Shown: positions 8,930 through 19,080 of the stretch, piece after piece
How positions within the stretch are numbered: the first letter of the stretch is position 1
Layout of the letters: every line of letters begins with the position of its first letter
IMG/VR virus record: IMGVR_UViG_3300044825_002216
Reading direction: 5' to 3' (one strand)
Length of the DNA stretch: 64,000 nucleotides
Origin: an uncultured virus (IMG/VR IMGVR_UViG_3300044825_002216)
Lineage: Duplodnaviria > Heunggongvirae > Uroviricota > Caudoviricetes
The notes under the pieces: generated by a model
The model's database searches: none
The model's input: only the letters and a program-made list of their open reading frames with translations
What the model was told of the DNA's origin: nothing
Translations under genes and position numbers: made by a program

Positions 8930-9603
8930 TGACGTTCGCCGGGATGAAGCTGGCGATGATCCCCATGGACCTGATCGTCCAGACGCGCGCCAACTACAAG
9001 AAGATGAGCCCGGAGCAGTTTGCTGCACTCCGGGCGAGCATCCAGACCTTCGGGTGGCGTTCGTTCGTGGTGGTCCGGTCGCTCGACGACGGCACGTTCG
9101 AGATCATCGACGGCCACCACCGCTACGAGTTTGCCAAGGGGCGCGGGATGGTGGAGCTGCCCTGCGTGATCTTGGACGAGAACACCGAGCTGTCAGAGCT
9201 CGCGCGGTTCTCGTTCAACGTCGCGGGCGAGGTACTCCCCGACGTGATGCTCTCCGCGATCAAGGAGCTCGACTCCAAGTACGGCACCACGGACGCGGCG
9301 CTGTACACGGGCATGTCGGAGACCTTCGTGGCGGGCTTGATGGCTCAAGCCGAGAGCATCGCGAACGATGCCATGGTCGATCTGCCTTCGACGAAGGCAG
9401 AGAAGCCCAGCAAGGCGGCCGAGGTCGAGGCGCCGAAGCTCACGACCGAGGCGCTCCTGCTGTCGGAGGCCATCGCGCACAGGGTGGACGGGCTGATCCG
9501 CACGAAGTTCCCGAACATGACGAGAGAGCAGCTCATCCTGCGGGCTCTTGTCGCGCTGGAGACTCGTGGTGGCACGGAAGAAGAAGAAGCCAGCCTCAAC
9601 TGA
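8920..9603 (+). CDS. ParB/sulfiredoxin-like domain protein
   Basis: LRASIQTFG..VVVR..FEIIDGHHRY..LPCVI; true start may be a few codons downstream. Confidence 0.85.
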   Translation: MQMMTFAGMKLAMIPMDLIVQTRANYKKMSPEQFAALRASIQTFGWRSFVVVRSLDDGTFEIIDGHHRYEFAKGRGMVELPCVILDENTELSELARFSFNVAGEVLPDVMLSAIKELDSKYGTTDAALYTGMSETFVAGLMAQAESIANDAMVDLPSTKAEKPSKAAEVEAPKLTTEALLLSEAIAHRVDGLIRTKFPNMTREQLILRALVALETRGGTEEEEASLN

Positions 9604-10036
9604 TCCCCCGGCGAAGGTGAAACCCACCCGCGCGAACGGCTCTCGCTCCCGAGAGAAGGGGGCCGAGTTCGAGCGCGAGGTGGCGATCATCTTGCGGGAG
9701 TTCTATGCGGAGGCGCGGCGGGGGCTGACGCAATCGCGGAACGGAGCGGAAGTCTCCGACGTAACCAACGTGCCGTGGTGGGTGGAGTGCAAGTGGCACA
9801 AGGTGCCGCCCAACATCCGAGCGGCGGTAGCCCAGGCGATCACCGCGAGCGGCGGGGCAATGCCCATCCTGATCGTGACCAAGGCAGGCCGCGATCCTGA
9901 CCCGCTCGTGACCGTGCCGATGAGCCAGTGGTTGAAGGAGCACCGCGAGCTGTTGTCCTTGCGGGCTGAGAACAAGGCGTTGATGGAGGAGTTCATCGCG
10001 TGGCGAAAAGAGGTCGAAGCCGGGAGAACCGCGTAA
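9566..10036 (+). CDS. Holliday junction resolvase, Hjc-like PD-(D/E)XK nuclease
   Basis: SREKGAEFEREVA...SDV...VECK pattern; start uncertain. Confidence 0.8.
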   Translation: MVARKKKKPASTDPPAKVKPTRANGSRSREKGAEFEREVAIILREFYAEARRGLTQSRNGAEVSDVTNVPWWVECKWHKVPPNIRAAVAQAITASGGAMPILIVTKAGRDPDPLVTVPMSQWLKEHRELLSLRAENKALMEEFIAWRKEVEAGRTA

Positions 10037-10938
10037 ACAGGGCGCGGTGGACACCTGAGCTGGTCGCAATCCTAACGGCCCGCTGGCCAGACCCAGGCCA
10101 GCGGGCCGATTGTTTGAAGCTCTTTACAGAAAAGGGGTTCCCGTACCAAGCGGTGACGCGGAAGGCTGTTGCCCTCGGGCTCTACGCGCCCTTCACGATG
10201 GGTGACGAGGAGCTGATCGACAAGTTCTACAAGTCCGACCGAGCCAAGCTCTTCAAGCTGCTCGCGGACCGTCACAGCTACACCAGTGTCCAGCTTCACT
10301 GGCGCAAGATGTTCTTGGCGGGGAGGAGCCGTCACACGCGCCGCAAGGCGCACTGGTCGCGCGAAGAGGATGCGACGCTCCGGCGCATGGTGCAGGAGCT
10401 CTACGGCTACCGAGCGATCCGTACCGCGCTGAATAGGCGCACCCACAAGCAGATCAGGGCCCGCATTCGCAAGCTCGGGCTCACGTCCGAGAGGCCGCAG
10501 GGCATGGCGACGATCACAGAGATCGCCAATAAAGCGGGTTTCTCGTGGAAGATGGTCAAGCGCGAGCTGGAGGCCGCGGGGGTCATCATCCACGTCACGA
10601 ACCGTATGACGACGGAGCGGGGTCGCAAGCGCACGCACATGCTCGTGGACGAGTGCGACGCCATGGAGGCCATGGAGGCGTTCGTCGCGAAGCTGAACCG
10701 CTGTGTCGGGTGGAAAGACCTCGCGCAGGAGTTCAAGACCAGCATCCAGACGCTCCAGACAGCCTGCCGAATCTACAAGGTGGCCTTCCCTGCTGCGCCT
10801 GCACCAGGGGTGAAGGTCCAATTCGAGCCTGAGAAGGCCGACGAGATTCGCGAGGCGATGCGCAAGCACCGCGCGAACCCCATTCCAGACGGACCGAAGA
10901 CCAGCAAGGCGCGCAAAGCATGGGAAGCCAGTGTGTGA
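10000..10938 (+). CDS. Myb/SANT-like and HTH repeat DNA-binding protein, putative
   Basis: WTPELVAIL and WSREEDATL Myb-like repeats; ITEIANKAGFS and DLAQEFKTS HTH-like segments; GGAGGA upstream. Confidence 0.6.
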   Translation: MAKRGRSRENRVNRARWTPELVAILTARWPDPGQRADCLKLFTEKGFPYQAVTRKAVALGLYAPFTMGDEELIDKFYKSDRAKLFKLLADRHSYTSVQLHWRKMFLAGRSRHTRRKAHWSREEDATLRRMVQELYGYRAIRTALNRRTHKQIRARIRKLGLTSERPQGMATITEIANKAGFSWKMVKRELEAAGVIIHVTNRMTTERGRKRTHMLVDECDAMEAMEAFVAKLNRCVGWKDLAQEFKTSIQTLQTACRIYKVAFPAAPAPGVKVQFEPEKADEIREAMRKHRANPIPDGPKTSKARKAWEASV

Positions 10939-11224
10939 CTGCCTCTTCTGCAAAGAGCCAGGCCCCGCGCGGTGCGCCTTCTGCAAGGCGTACTGCCCCT
11001 TCTCCGAAAACCGATTCGAGGATCGCTGGCTCGCGGTCTTGCGGTGGAAAGCCCACCGCTACTACGCCTTCGTTGAAGAGGAAGGCGGCGTCCCAGAGCT
11101 CTACGCAGCCGAAGCCCGCCACGGGAGGCTCCGCGAGGCGGTCGATCTGCTCGAAGAAGCTCGCCTGCTCGATGCGAGGTTCCGCTCGATGTTCCCGTAC
11201 CCCTACAAAAGAGAAGACTCGTAG
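10931..11224 (+). CDS. small Cys-rich hypothetical protein
   Basis: CDCLFC...CAFC..YC N-terminus; overlaps the upstream stop. Confidence 0.6.
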   Translation: MCDCLFCKEPGPARCAFCKAYCPFSENRFEDRWLAVLRWKAHRYYAFVEEEGGVPELYAAEARHGRLREAVDLLEEARLLDARFRSMFPYPYKREDS

Positions 11225-11516
11225 GCGGAAGCGTCAGTGGGACCATTACCAGCGACGTAGGGCACGGATTTTCGCCTACCTCGGGGGGTGCTGCGACGAG
11301 TGTGGGAAGACCCCAGAAGAGGCTTTCCTCGAAGTCGATCACGTTCGGCCTTCGATGAAAGCCTACGACCCGCTGCGAAGGTGGTCCCAGCGGTGGGAGG
11401 TACTGGTCGAAGAACTCGACAAGTGTGTTCTTCGCTGCCGCGCGCCTTGTCACCGGGACAAAACCACCGCGCACAGACGGGGAGAAGGCCCCCGCGAGGA
11501 CGAGGTACCGTTCTAA
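11172..11516 (+). CDS. HNH endonuclease
   Basis: CDECG..LEVDHVRP...CVLRCRAPCHRDKT; start uncertain. Confidence 0.75.
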   Translation: MRGSARCSRTPTKEKTRRRKRQWDHYQRRRARIFAYLGGCCDECGKTPEEAFLEVDHVRPSMKAYDPLRRWSQRWEVLVEELDKCVLRCRAPCHRDKTTAHRRGEGPREDEVPF

Positions 11517-11523
11517 GAGGCAT

Positions 11524-12528
11524 ATGGACGCGCGATCAAAGGTGCTGAACGAGTTTCGAGCTGGTGCCAAGCGGATTGCCAAAAAGCACGGGGTCTCGCT
11601 TCAGCAAGCGATTGACGCAGTGCTTGATCCGCCTAGCTACTCAGGCGGTACCTGGCAGGCCACCCAGCGAGAAGATCGGATTGAAGACCTCACAACGAAT
11701 TGCTTGGTGTCGGCAGCCGCCGCCACAAGGGCCGAGGATACCGCTATTGAGCGGTGGATAGTGAATGCGGCAAAGGTCAGGCCGCCGGGTACATACGCCG
11801 TGGCTGAATCTAAGGAGAAGCCAGTGGGAGAAAACACCCCCAAGTTCGTGAAGGTCCGTACCCGTATTCGGAGCGAGAAAGCTGTGTGCGGGGATGACTC
11901 AAACCTGCACGCTAATCACATCGACGGGCTCGATATGTCTCGTGCGATCAACGTAACAAAAGAGAAAGAAGCTGCCATGAAGACGCCAAACCGAAGCCTC
12001 GTGTCTACCGCCGCCGGAACCTTCGTAGCCAAGCTGCGGAAGGGCAGCGGGCTGTCGGCAACCACCGCTGCCGAAGGCGCCAAGCTCGCTGCCAAGCTGA
12101 CGGGTGCGAAGATGGCGATGACGATTGCCCACAGGGGGGTGGTCAAGCTCGTCGAGAAGAGCCCCCTCCCCTTGGTCTACAAGGGGCCCGCCCTGTGGGC
12201 GCTCAACACCAAACCCGGCTTCGCTGCGGTGGGCGCTACCGCGGGCGCGATCCTGCCCTTCGCGCAGCCGTTCCTGCCGACGAAGTACCAGAGCGTCTGC
12301 GCCGAGGCGAGCTTCGTGCTCTCCACGCGCTCGCAGCAGTTTGTGTACGAGACCTGGGGCGATGCCGCGGTGCAGTGGCTCTCGTCCATGCTCGACGAGA
12401 TGGCTCCGGCGCTGGGCGTCTCCGTCCTGCCCGCAGAAGACGCCCCTCGCGAGCTCGATTCGCCCGCCGTCTCGGGTGAGGTGATGCCCAAGGTCCAGAG
12501 GAAGGTTCACGCGAAGAGCCCGCGATGA
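11524..12528 (+). CDS. hypothetical protein (possible internal start at ATG 11977)
   Basis: ATG after TAAGAGG; second ATG preceded by the AACAAAAGAGAA motif. Confidence 0.6.
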   Translation: MDARSKVLNEFRAGAKRIAKKHGVSLQQAIDAVLDPPSYSGGTWQATQREDRIEDLTTNCLVSAAAATRAEDTAIERWIVNAAKVRPPGTYAVAESKEKPVGENTPKFVKVRTRIRSEKAVCGDDSNLHANHIDGLDMSRAINVTKEKEAAMKTPNRSLVSTAAGTFVAKLRKGSGLSATTAAEGAKLAAKLTGAKMAMTIAHRGVVKLVEKSPLPLVYKGPALWALNTKPGFAAVGATAGAILPFAQPFLPTKYQSVCAEASFVLSTRSQQFVYETWGDAAVQWLSSMLDEMAPALGVSVLPAEDAPRELDSPAVSGEVMPKVQRKVHAKSPR

Positions 12529-12860
12529 GCCTGGACGTGTACCTCTACCGCCGCGACGAGGCGGGCGAAGAGCACGATCTGTACACGGCCAACATCACGC
12601 ACAACCTCAACACGATGGCTGACAAGGCGGGCATCTACGAGCTGGTGTGGCGACCCGAGGAGGTCGGCATCGTCGTAGCCTCGCAGCTCATCGAGCCGCT
12701 GCGTAAGGGTATCGAGGTGCTCGAATCCGACCCCGAGTTCTTCGAGGCGTTCGAGCCCCCGAACAAGTGGGGGTACCTACGCGCGATTCCTGCCGTGGCT
12801 GCGCGATTACCTTGCCGCGTGCGAGCATACCCCGACGCTCTGGTTCAGGTGTCCAGATGA
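12525..12860 (+). CDS. conserved phage hypothetical protein containing an apparent compensating indel pair
   Basis: MSLDVYL..ANITHNL..MA..AGIY..WRPEE family pattern; the WGTYARFLPWLRDYLAACE segment lies in the +1 frame. Confidence 0.7.
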   Translation: MSLDVYLYRRDEAGEEHDLYTANITHNLNTMADKAGIYELVWRPEEVGIVVASQLIEPLRKGIEVLESDPEFFEAFEPPNKWGYLRAIPAVAARLPCRVRAYPDALVQVSR

Positions 12861-13021
12861 CCTGGCAGGCAGAGCTGATGTTGTTCCTCGGGTTCCTCCG
12901 AGAGAACTGGCCCCTGGTGTTGCTGTTCTGCGTTGTGATCCTGCTGTGCCTGCTCGGGCGCTGGGACATCGCCGCAGACATCGTGGACTCGATCCACCCG
13001 GACGACGACGAATCGAACTAA
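12857..13021 (+). CDS. small single-pass membrane protein
   Basis: ATGA overlap; hydrophobic WPLVLLFCVVILLCLLG followed by an acidic tail. Confidence 0.6.
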   Translation: MTWQAELMLFLGFLRENWPLVLLFCVVILLCLLGRWDIAADIVDSIHPDDDESN

Positions 13022-13034
13022 GAAGGAGAGCATC

Positions 13035-13442
13035 ATGGAGACGACGACTGACCGAGTTCTGAACGCCTTGGACAAGCTCAAGGAGGAGGCAAAAGCCGCG
13101 GGGATCGAGGAGGGCAGCGAAGCGTTCGGCAAGTTTCTCTCAGAGCGGCACGGTCCGGTGGTGGACGAAGAGATGGAGGGCATCCGTGACCAGGCAGATC
13201 GCATCCTCGAACAGCACGGGGGTGTCGGTGTTGCGATGCTGCTGGGTACCTTGATGACCCAGATGAACAAGGACGTACTTTCCCGAGCTGAAACTGCGGG
13301 TTGCCCGGTCGGGGCTTTGATGGCGAAGATCGTCGACCACGAAGTCACGCAGATGATCTCGTCGACGATGACGCTCACGCGAGTAGTCATCGGGTTCGAG
13401 TCGCACGACCGCTCCTGTGACGCGAAGAAAGCGCCGGTCTAA
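13035..13442 (+). CDS. hypothetical protein
   Basis: AAGGAG SD, 135 aa. Confidence 0.8.
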   Translation: METTTDRVLNALDKLKEEAKAAGIEEGSEAFGKFLSERHGPVVDEEMEGIRDQADRILEQHGGVGVAMLLGTLMTQMNKDVLSRAETAGCPVGALMAKIVDHEVTQMISSTMTLTRVVIGFESHDRSCDAKKAPV

Positions 13443-13522
13443 GACCTAAGAGGGGGTTCCCTGTTTGCCCAGAGAGCCCCCGCGTGCGTCCTTGGCCCGG
13501 AATGCGCAGAATGGAGCCCGCC

Positions 13523-13804
13523 ATGTCCAACACAGAGCTTCAGACCTACCCCCCGATCTTGCCGCGAGACGCGCTCGACTACTCCGCAGACCTCCAGCGC
13601 GCTCTAGCCCACGTTCGTCATGCCCGCCGGTTGGCGAGCGAGATGCTCGTGCCGGATGACGACCTGCACGAACTGGAGTCAAAGCTCCTTTCGCACGCAG
13701 AGCGGGCGCGCAGGTTCGCAACCGCCACAACCGCAGCCGCGTTCTGGTCGGGTGGCGACCCGAGCGTGCCTGTCTCGCGCGAGACGATCCTGCGCGCGCA
13801 CTAG
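13523..13804 (+). CDS. hypothetical protein
   Basis: GGAG upstream of ATG 13523; last gene before the terminator. Confidence 0.6.
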   Translation: MSNTELQTYPPILPRDALDYSADLQRALAHVRHARRLASEMLVPDDDLHELESKLLSHAERARRFATATTAAAFWSGGDPSVPVSRETILRAH

Positions 13805-13816
13805 GATCGAAAGACG

Positions 13817-13860
13817 AAGGGCCGGGGAGAGGTGGTGCTCTCCCCGGCCCTTTGCTTTTG
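13817..13860. terminator. bidirectional intrinsic terminator between convergent modules
   Basis: 15-bp stem AAGGGCCGGGGAGAG/CTCTCCCCGGCCCTT followed by TGCTTTTG. Confidence 0.8.
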
Positions 13861-13881
13861 GCCTGTCCAACCAGAAGTTTC

Positions 13882-14880
13882 TTACGGTCCTGACCCAGGA
13901 GCGGGCAAGCCTTTCTTCTGGGCCGCCGACTCGATCGCAGCCTTGGTCACGGGGCCCGCGATCCCATCGACGGAGAGCCCGTGCGCCTTCTGAAAGTCCC
14001 GCACCGCCGTGGGGCCAGTGAAGCCCAAGTGGTGCATCCGGCAGGCGCACGCGAAGGCAGCCGCGCCTTCCCTGTCTGCCCGAGTGGGGAGCGCCCACCC
14101 GAAGGTCAGGGGGAGAGCGAGCAGCGCGGGAAGGGTGTCTGCGAAGGCGACGTGGTGGAGCTGGTAGTACGGCATCCAGTCTACGTCGATCGCATCGAGC
14201 TCCGTTCCTTCGGGATCGTCGGCCTTGATCCACCCTGCGCGCACAGCAGCGGCCCACGAGTCGAGCGCGCGCCTCTCTCTGTCCGGCAGCGCACCGCGTT
14301 TCGCAGTGACGACGCCTTCGCCCGCTGCGTAGACCTGCGGCAGGCTCGCGAGGATGGGCGATCCGGGCCCCAGCCACGCCTTCCACGGGTAGGTGGAATG
14401 CAGGCTGGGGTGGTCGTAGGCAGTGTGCCACTGCCACAGCGCCGGGAATCGCTCCTTGACCGCTGCGAGGCCGCCCTGGACGACGCCGTAGATGCGCTTC
14501 GCCTCTTCACTGGTCGGCGGACGCTTCCACGAGGCTTCTGCGTTCCAAACAACGGCGAAGGCACCGACATCGCGAGCGATCTGCGCGAGCTCGACGAAGG
14601 TGTTGATGCCCTTGGCTTCGGTGTTTCGAGCCTTCGCCACTTCGCGGGCGATGGAGTCCACCCCGAAACCGCAGATGACCCCCGCGCCGGGGAGAATCTT
14701 GCGGAGCTCGGCCGCCGTTTGGCGGGGAGACCAGGAGTGAATCTGGACCGCTTCGGGCTTCGTCATGCTCAGAAGGGTTGCCGAGGCACGCAGGGCGGCG
14801 AGAGGTCCACCGTTGCCGTCGTACAGGGTCGGTACGGGACCGCGGAACCACGCCCCGCCGCATGCGGCGTCGGTGGTCAC
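13882..14880 (-). CDS. endolysin: putative glycoside-hydrolase-like domain plus C-terminal peptidoglycan-binding domain
   Basis: C-terminal VRDFQKAHGLSVDGIAGPVTKAAI matches PG_binding_1; GTG start overlaps upstream TGA; last gene of the late operon. Confidence 0.75.
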   Translation of the reverse strand: MTTDAACGGAWFRGPVPTLYDGNGGPLAALRASATLLSMTKPEAVQIHSWSPRQTAAELRKILPGAGVICGFGVDSIAREVAKARNTEAKGINTFVELAQIARDVGAFAVVWNAEASWKRPPTSEEAKRIYGVVQGGLAAVKERFPALWQWHTAYDHPSLHSTYPWKAWLGPGSPILASLPQVYAAGEGVVTAKRGALPDRERRALDSWAAAVRAGWIKADDPEGTELDAIDVDWMPYYQLHHVAFADTLPALLALPLTFGWALPTRADREGAAAFACACRMHHLGFTGPTAVRDFQKAHGLSVDGIAGPVTKAAIESAAQKKGLPAPGSGP

Positions 14881-15607
14881 AACGACACCCGGCCCTTGAG
14901 GCCTTGCCCGTGGACTTCGCAGACCGCGAGGGCCACGCGGGCGGCCCAGATGTTCGGCGTACCGCCGCTTTCCAGCGTCCGGTAGTGCGTGCGCAGCGCC
15001 GCTTCCGCAGCCTGCGGGCCGAACCCGCCCAGGTTGTAGTGCGCCTTGAGCTGTTCGATGCGCGCGTCGCGACTCGTGACCGTTCCGGTGAGGAACAGCT
15101 CCATCGCAGCGCTCACGCCGTAGCCGTCGCCTTCGACTTTGCCGACGTAGATCGACCCATCCTCGGTCTGGGCCAGCACGCCCGCGAGGTACAGCACGCT
15201 GTGCGAGGTGAAGTCGGGCCACCCCGAGCCCTTCACCTGATCAGCGTGCTGCTTGACGTGCTGCCGCTCGTGCGGCTTCACCAAGAGGCGCTCGACCACA
15301 GCCTCTCGTGCGTGCATCCATCGCGGAGCCGAGATGCGGCGACCGTACGTGGTGACGTACGAGTCCGTAAAGGTCTTACCGTCGACCGCGGAGATCGCTG
15401 CGAGGGGGTCTTTCACCCCGATAAGCGACGAGATCATGCGGGCGACGGCCTTCACGTCCTTCACCCGGTCCAGCCCCCACGCAGCAGCCTGCATGAAGGG
15501 GTCGTCCTCTTTGACGATCCAGTCCGCGGGGAACTCTTCGTCCATCCTCGCGTCGATCCGCTGCTCCAGTGCGATCAGATCGTCGATCATCGCCTGCGAC
15601 ATCGTGC

Positions 15608-15611
<4 letters not shown>
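14877..15611 (-). CDS. putative HExxH zinc metallopeptidase-like protein
   Basis: YVTTYGRRI...PHERQHVKQ...E motif arrangement. Confidence 0.55.
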
Positions 15612-16643
<1,032 letters not shown>

Positions 16644-16653
16644 GCCCTCGATG

Positions 16654-16854
16654 CTACCGCGTAGCGGTGAGCCTGGTGCCGCTCTCGCGTCGCCAACGGC
16701 TCACATCGGCGCCGAGGCGAGCCGCTTCGGTTTTCGTCTTCGCCGCCTTCTCGCAGACTTCCATCGCAGCACGGCAAAGGTGCTGAACGGGGTCCATCGA
16801 CCCGAACTTGGCGGTGATGACGTGATCGCGGGGTGCCTTAGCTACCGTGTTCAT
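16654..16854 (-). CDS. small hypothetical protein
   Basis: AAGGGAG upstream of ATG 16854; fills the gap between neighbours. Confidence 0.5.
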   Translation of the reverse strand: MNTVAKAPRDHVITAKFGSMDPVQHLCRAAMEVCEKAAKTKTEAARLGADVSRWRRESGTRLTATR

Positions 16855-17404
16855 CGCTGTGGTCTCCCTTGTGCGCTGCGATCCATCGGACGCGAGCCGC
16901 GCGGGTTTCCTCAGACAGGTCGCGAATGCCCTCTCGGAGTTCCGCAAGCGCCTGCGCTGAAGTTTCCAGCGAGGAGCTGTTCGCCGTCAACGCACTGGTG
17001 CAGGATTGGACAATCTGTACCATTTGTTGATTGCTAAGGTTCACGTCCGCTACCCGAGCTGCGTGCAGCTCATTCGTAGCTCGGAGGTGAGCCTCTTTGG
17101 CAGCCGCGAGTTCGGCATTCGCGCGCGTCGTAGTCTCGGCCAACAGCCGATTGTGGCGATCATTCGCCTCGATGATCGCCAGCGCTTTCGCAGAGTCCGC
17201 TGTCGCGACGCGAGCCGTCAACTCCTTGATCTCCTTCGCAGCCTCCTTCCGTTCGGTGCGTGCGTCGATCCACAGGTACACGACGGCTAGCACGAGCAAC
17301 ACGCAGACCGCCCCGATGGGACCACTGGCCGCGAGCTTGCTCATCGCGTCGCTACCGGATGCGACAACGGGGGGCACTTGATCCGCCTGTAGGAGCAGGT
17401 TCAT
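16838..17404 (-). CDS. membrane-anchored coiled-coil protein (i-spanin or holin candidate)
   Basis: One TM (IGAVCVLLVLAVVYLWI) followed by a long coiled coil. Confidence 0.55.
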   Translation of the reverse strand: MNLLLQADQVPPVVASGSDAMSKLAASGPIGAVCVLLVLAVVYLWIDARTERKEAAKEIKELTARVATADSAKALAIIEANDRHNRLLAETTTRANAELAAAKEAHLRATNELHAARVADVNLSNQQMVQIVQSCTSALTANSSSLETSAQALAELREGIRDLSEETRAARVRWIAAHKGDHSDEHGS

Positions 17405-17431
17405 GGCCCGAGTGTATCCGCTGTTTGGTGG

Positions 17432-17830
17432 CTACGTTGGCCGACCCGACGTGGGGAGAATCACGAAGGGCGAGACGGGGACCAAGCAGGTCCGGTCGTC
17501 GTCTGAAAGTCGCCAAACGTCGAAGATGTACCGCCGCGGAGGCATCCCGGCCGTGTCTGCGGGCGTGATCGTGAACTCCACGATGTTCCCCGTTGCGCTG
17601 GCAGTCTTGATGAACCCGACGGGGACAGAAAGCGCCATGGGAGATCGCTTCACCGTCAGCGAGTAACTCCCGTCGAGCGCCGCGGGTGTGCCGTCTGGGT
17701 AGACCATCTCGACACGGATGAGGGCAGATACGCCCAGCGGCAAATCGACCTGCTGTGCGCCGTACTGCGGCACCCGTGGGTTGAAGGTGCGACCGTCGTT
17801 CACGACGCCGAGAAGAGTGACAACCAGCAC
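17432..17830 (-). CDS. virion beta-sandwich protein (BppU N-terminal-like), putative
   Basis: GNIVEFTITPADT..RRYIFDV pattern; AGGAGG SD. Confidence 0.55.
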   Translation of the reverse strand: MLVVTLLGVVNDGRTFNPRVPQYGAQQVDLPLGVSALIRVEMVYPDGTPAALDGSYSLTVKRSPMALSVPVGFIKTASATGNIVEFTITPADTAGMPPRRYIFDVWRLSDDDRTCLVPVSPFVILPTSGRPT

Positions 17831-17839
17831 GCGAGCCTC

Positions 17840-18742
17840 CTATCGAGTGGAGATTCTACGGCCCGCGGCGGCTCCGAGTAACTTCTTCTCTGTAGCGCTC
17901 ATTGCCTTCGGGGCGGGCGCGCGGATCGCGGAGAGTTTCGCCGGGTCGTAGCTCGTCCACAGTGCTTCCGTGCGCGTTACGCCTTTGCGAGCTTCCGCAG
18001 GCGCCACCCGGAGGGCGACCTCGAACGTGGTTCGGTACCACCCCGCGAACAGCTCATCGTCGTAGAGCGGGTTCGGGTAGCCCGAGATGGCGACCATTGC
18101 TCCGACCTCGCGGGCGCGGTTGCACGCGGCTGCAAATCGGCGGTGGTGGTTGTCGTCCATCTCGTGCGCGTACACGTCCTCGTCTACGCGAGAGGACAGC
18201 ACGTACGGAGGATCGCAATAAACGAAGGCATCCGGCTTCGCGTACGAGTCAATCACCTGGATGGCGTCTCGGTTCTCGATCTCGATGACGCGGGAGAGCC
18301 GGTAGGCGTACTCCTCCAGGCGCTCGATCACACTCGCACTACGTTCGGGGACGGGAGAACCCGGCGTAGATCGCGCCCACCCGTTGCCTTGCTTTGCGAT
18401 CCCTCCGAAGCTCTGCCGCGTCTTCATCCAGAAGCGGCGGGCCACGTCCAGATCGTCTACAGGCGGGTTGTACGCGGTTGCGTACTCGTCCGCGGAGTGG
18501 GGCGTGAGCCGCAGCACTCGTTCGAGCTCTTTGGGCCTGTCGCGCAGCACGCGGAAGAACGTCACAACCTCCCGGTTGATGTCGTTGACCACCATTGTGC
18601 GGTAGCGACCTGGGGGGATGGCGAAGAAGACCGACCCACCCCCGAAGAACGGCTCGACGTACATGGCTGCGGGAGGGAACAGCGGTAGGAGCTGGTTCAT
18701 CATGCCGCCCTTTCCTCCGAACCAGCGTAGCGGGCCGCTCAC
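17840..18742 (-). CDS. DNA adenine methyltransferase (Dam/D12 class)
   Basis: PLRWFGGKG, YVEPFFGGGS, NDIN and DPPY motifs; GTG start coupled to upstream stop. Confidence 0.93.
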   Translation of the reverse strand: MSGPLRWFGGKGGMMNQLLPLFPPAAMYVEPFFGGGSVFFAIPPGRYRTMVVNDINREVVTFFRVLRDRPKELERVLRLTPHSADEYATAYNPPVDDLDVARRFWMKTRQSFGGIAKQGNGWARSTPGSPVPERSASVIERLEEYAYRLSRVIEIENRDAIQVIDSYAKPDAFVYCDPPYVLSSRVDEDVYAHEMDDNHHRRFAAACNRAREVGAMVAISGYPNPLYDDELFAGWYRTTFEVALRVAPAEARKGVTRTEALWTSYDPAKLSAIRAPAPKAMSATEKKLLGAAAGRRISTR

Positions 18743-19029
18743 TTGGGTTCCGCCATCGACCACGGGTAGGGACCGCTGCCAGCCTTGCGCGTCCAGCAGT
18801 GTTCGACCTTGGCGGTGCGGTACTGCATCCAAACTGCGACGAGCTGAAGGCAGGGCTGCCCTTCGCGGCACGCGGAGCACCCTGGGTGAGAGGACCACCC
18901 GTAGTCCTCGAAGACCATCGCTTCGCCGACGCGCACGGCTCTGTCGGGAATCTCGACTTCGAGGTCCGTGTTCGTGCCGACTTTTTCCCCGCCGATGAGC
19001 TCTTCGAGCTGCTTGATCTGAAACTTCAT
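18739..19029 (-). CDS. hypothetical protein
   Basis: 96 aa; GGAGGAG SD; HPGCSAC..C motif similar to 15859-16131. Confidence 0.7.
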   Translation of the reverse strand: MKFQIKQLEELIGGEKVGTNTDLEVEIPDRAVRVGEAMVFEDYGWSSHPGCSACREGQPCLQLVAVWMQYRTAKVEHCWTRKAGSGPYPWSMAEPK

Positions 19030-19067
19030 AGGCTACTCCTCCGAGCCGAACCCGGAGGAGTAGCCTA
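19029..19067 (-). promoter_or_regulatory. RBS-sequestering hairpin
   Basis: Perfect 15-bp inverted repeat TAGGCTACTCCTCCG/CGGAGGAGTAGCCTA that includes the SD and the A of ATG 19029. Confidence 0.6.
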
Positions 19068-19080
19068 GCGCGTAACGCGG

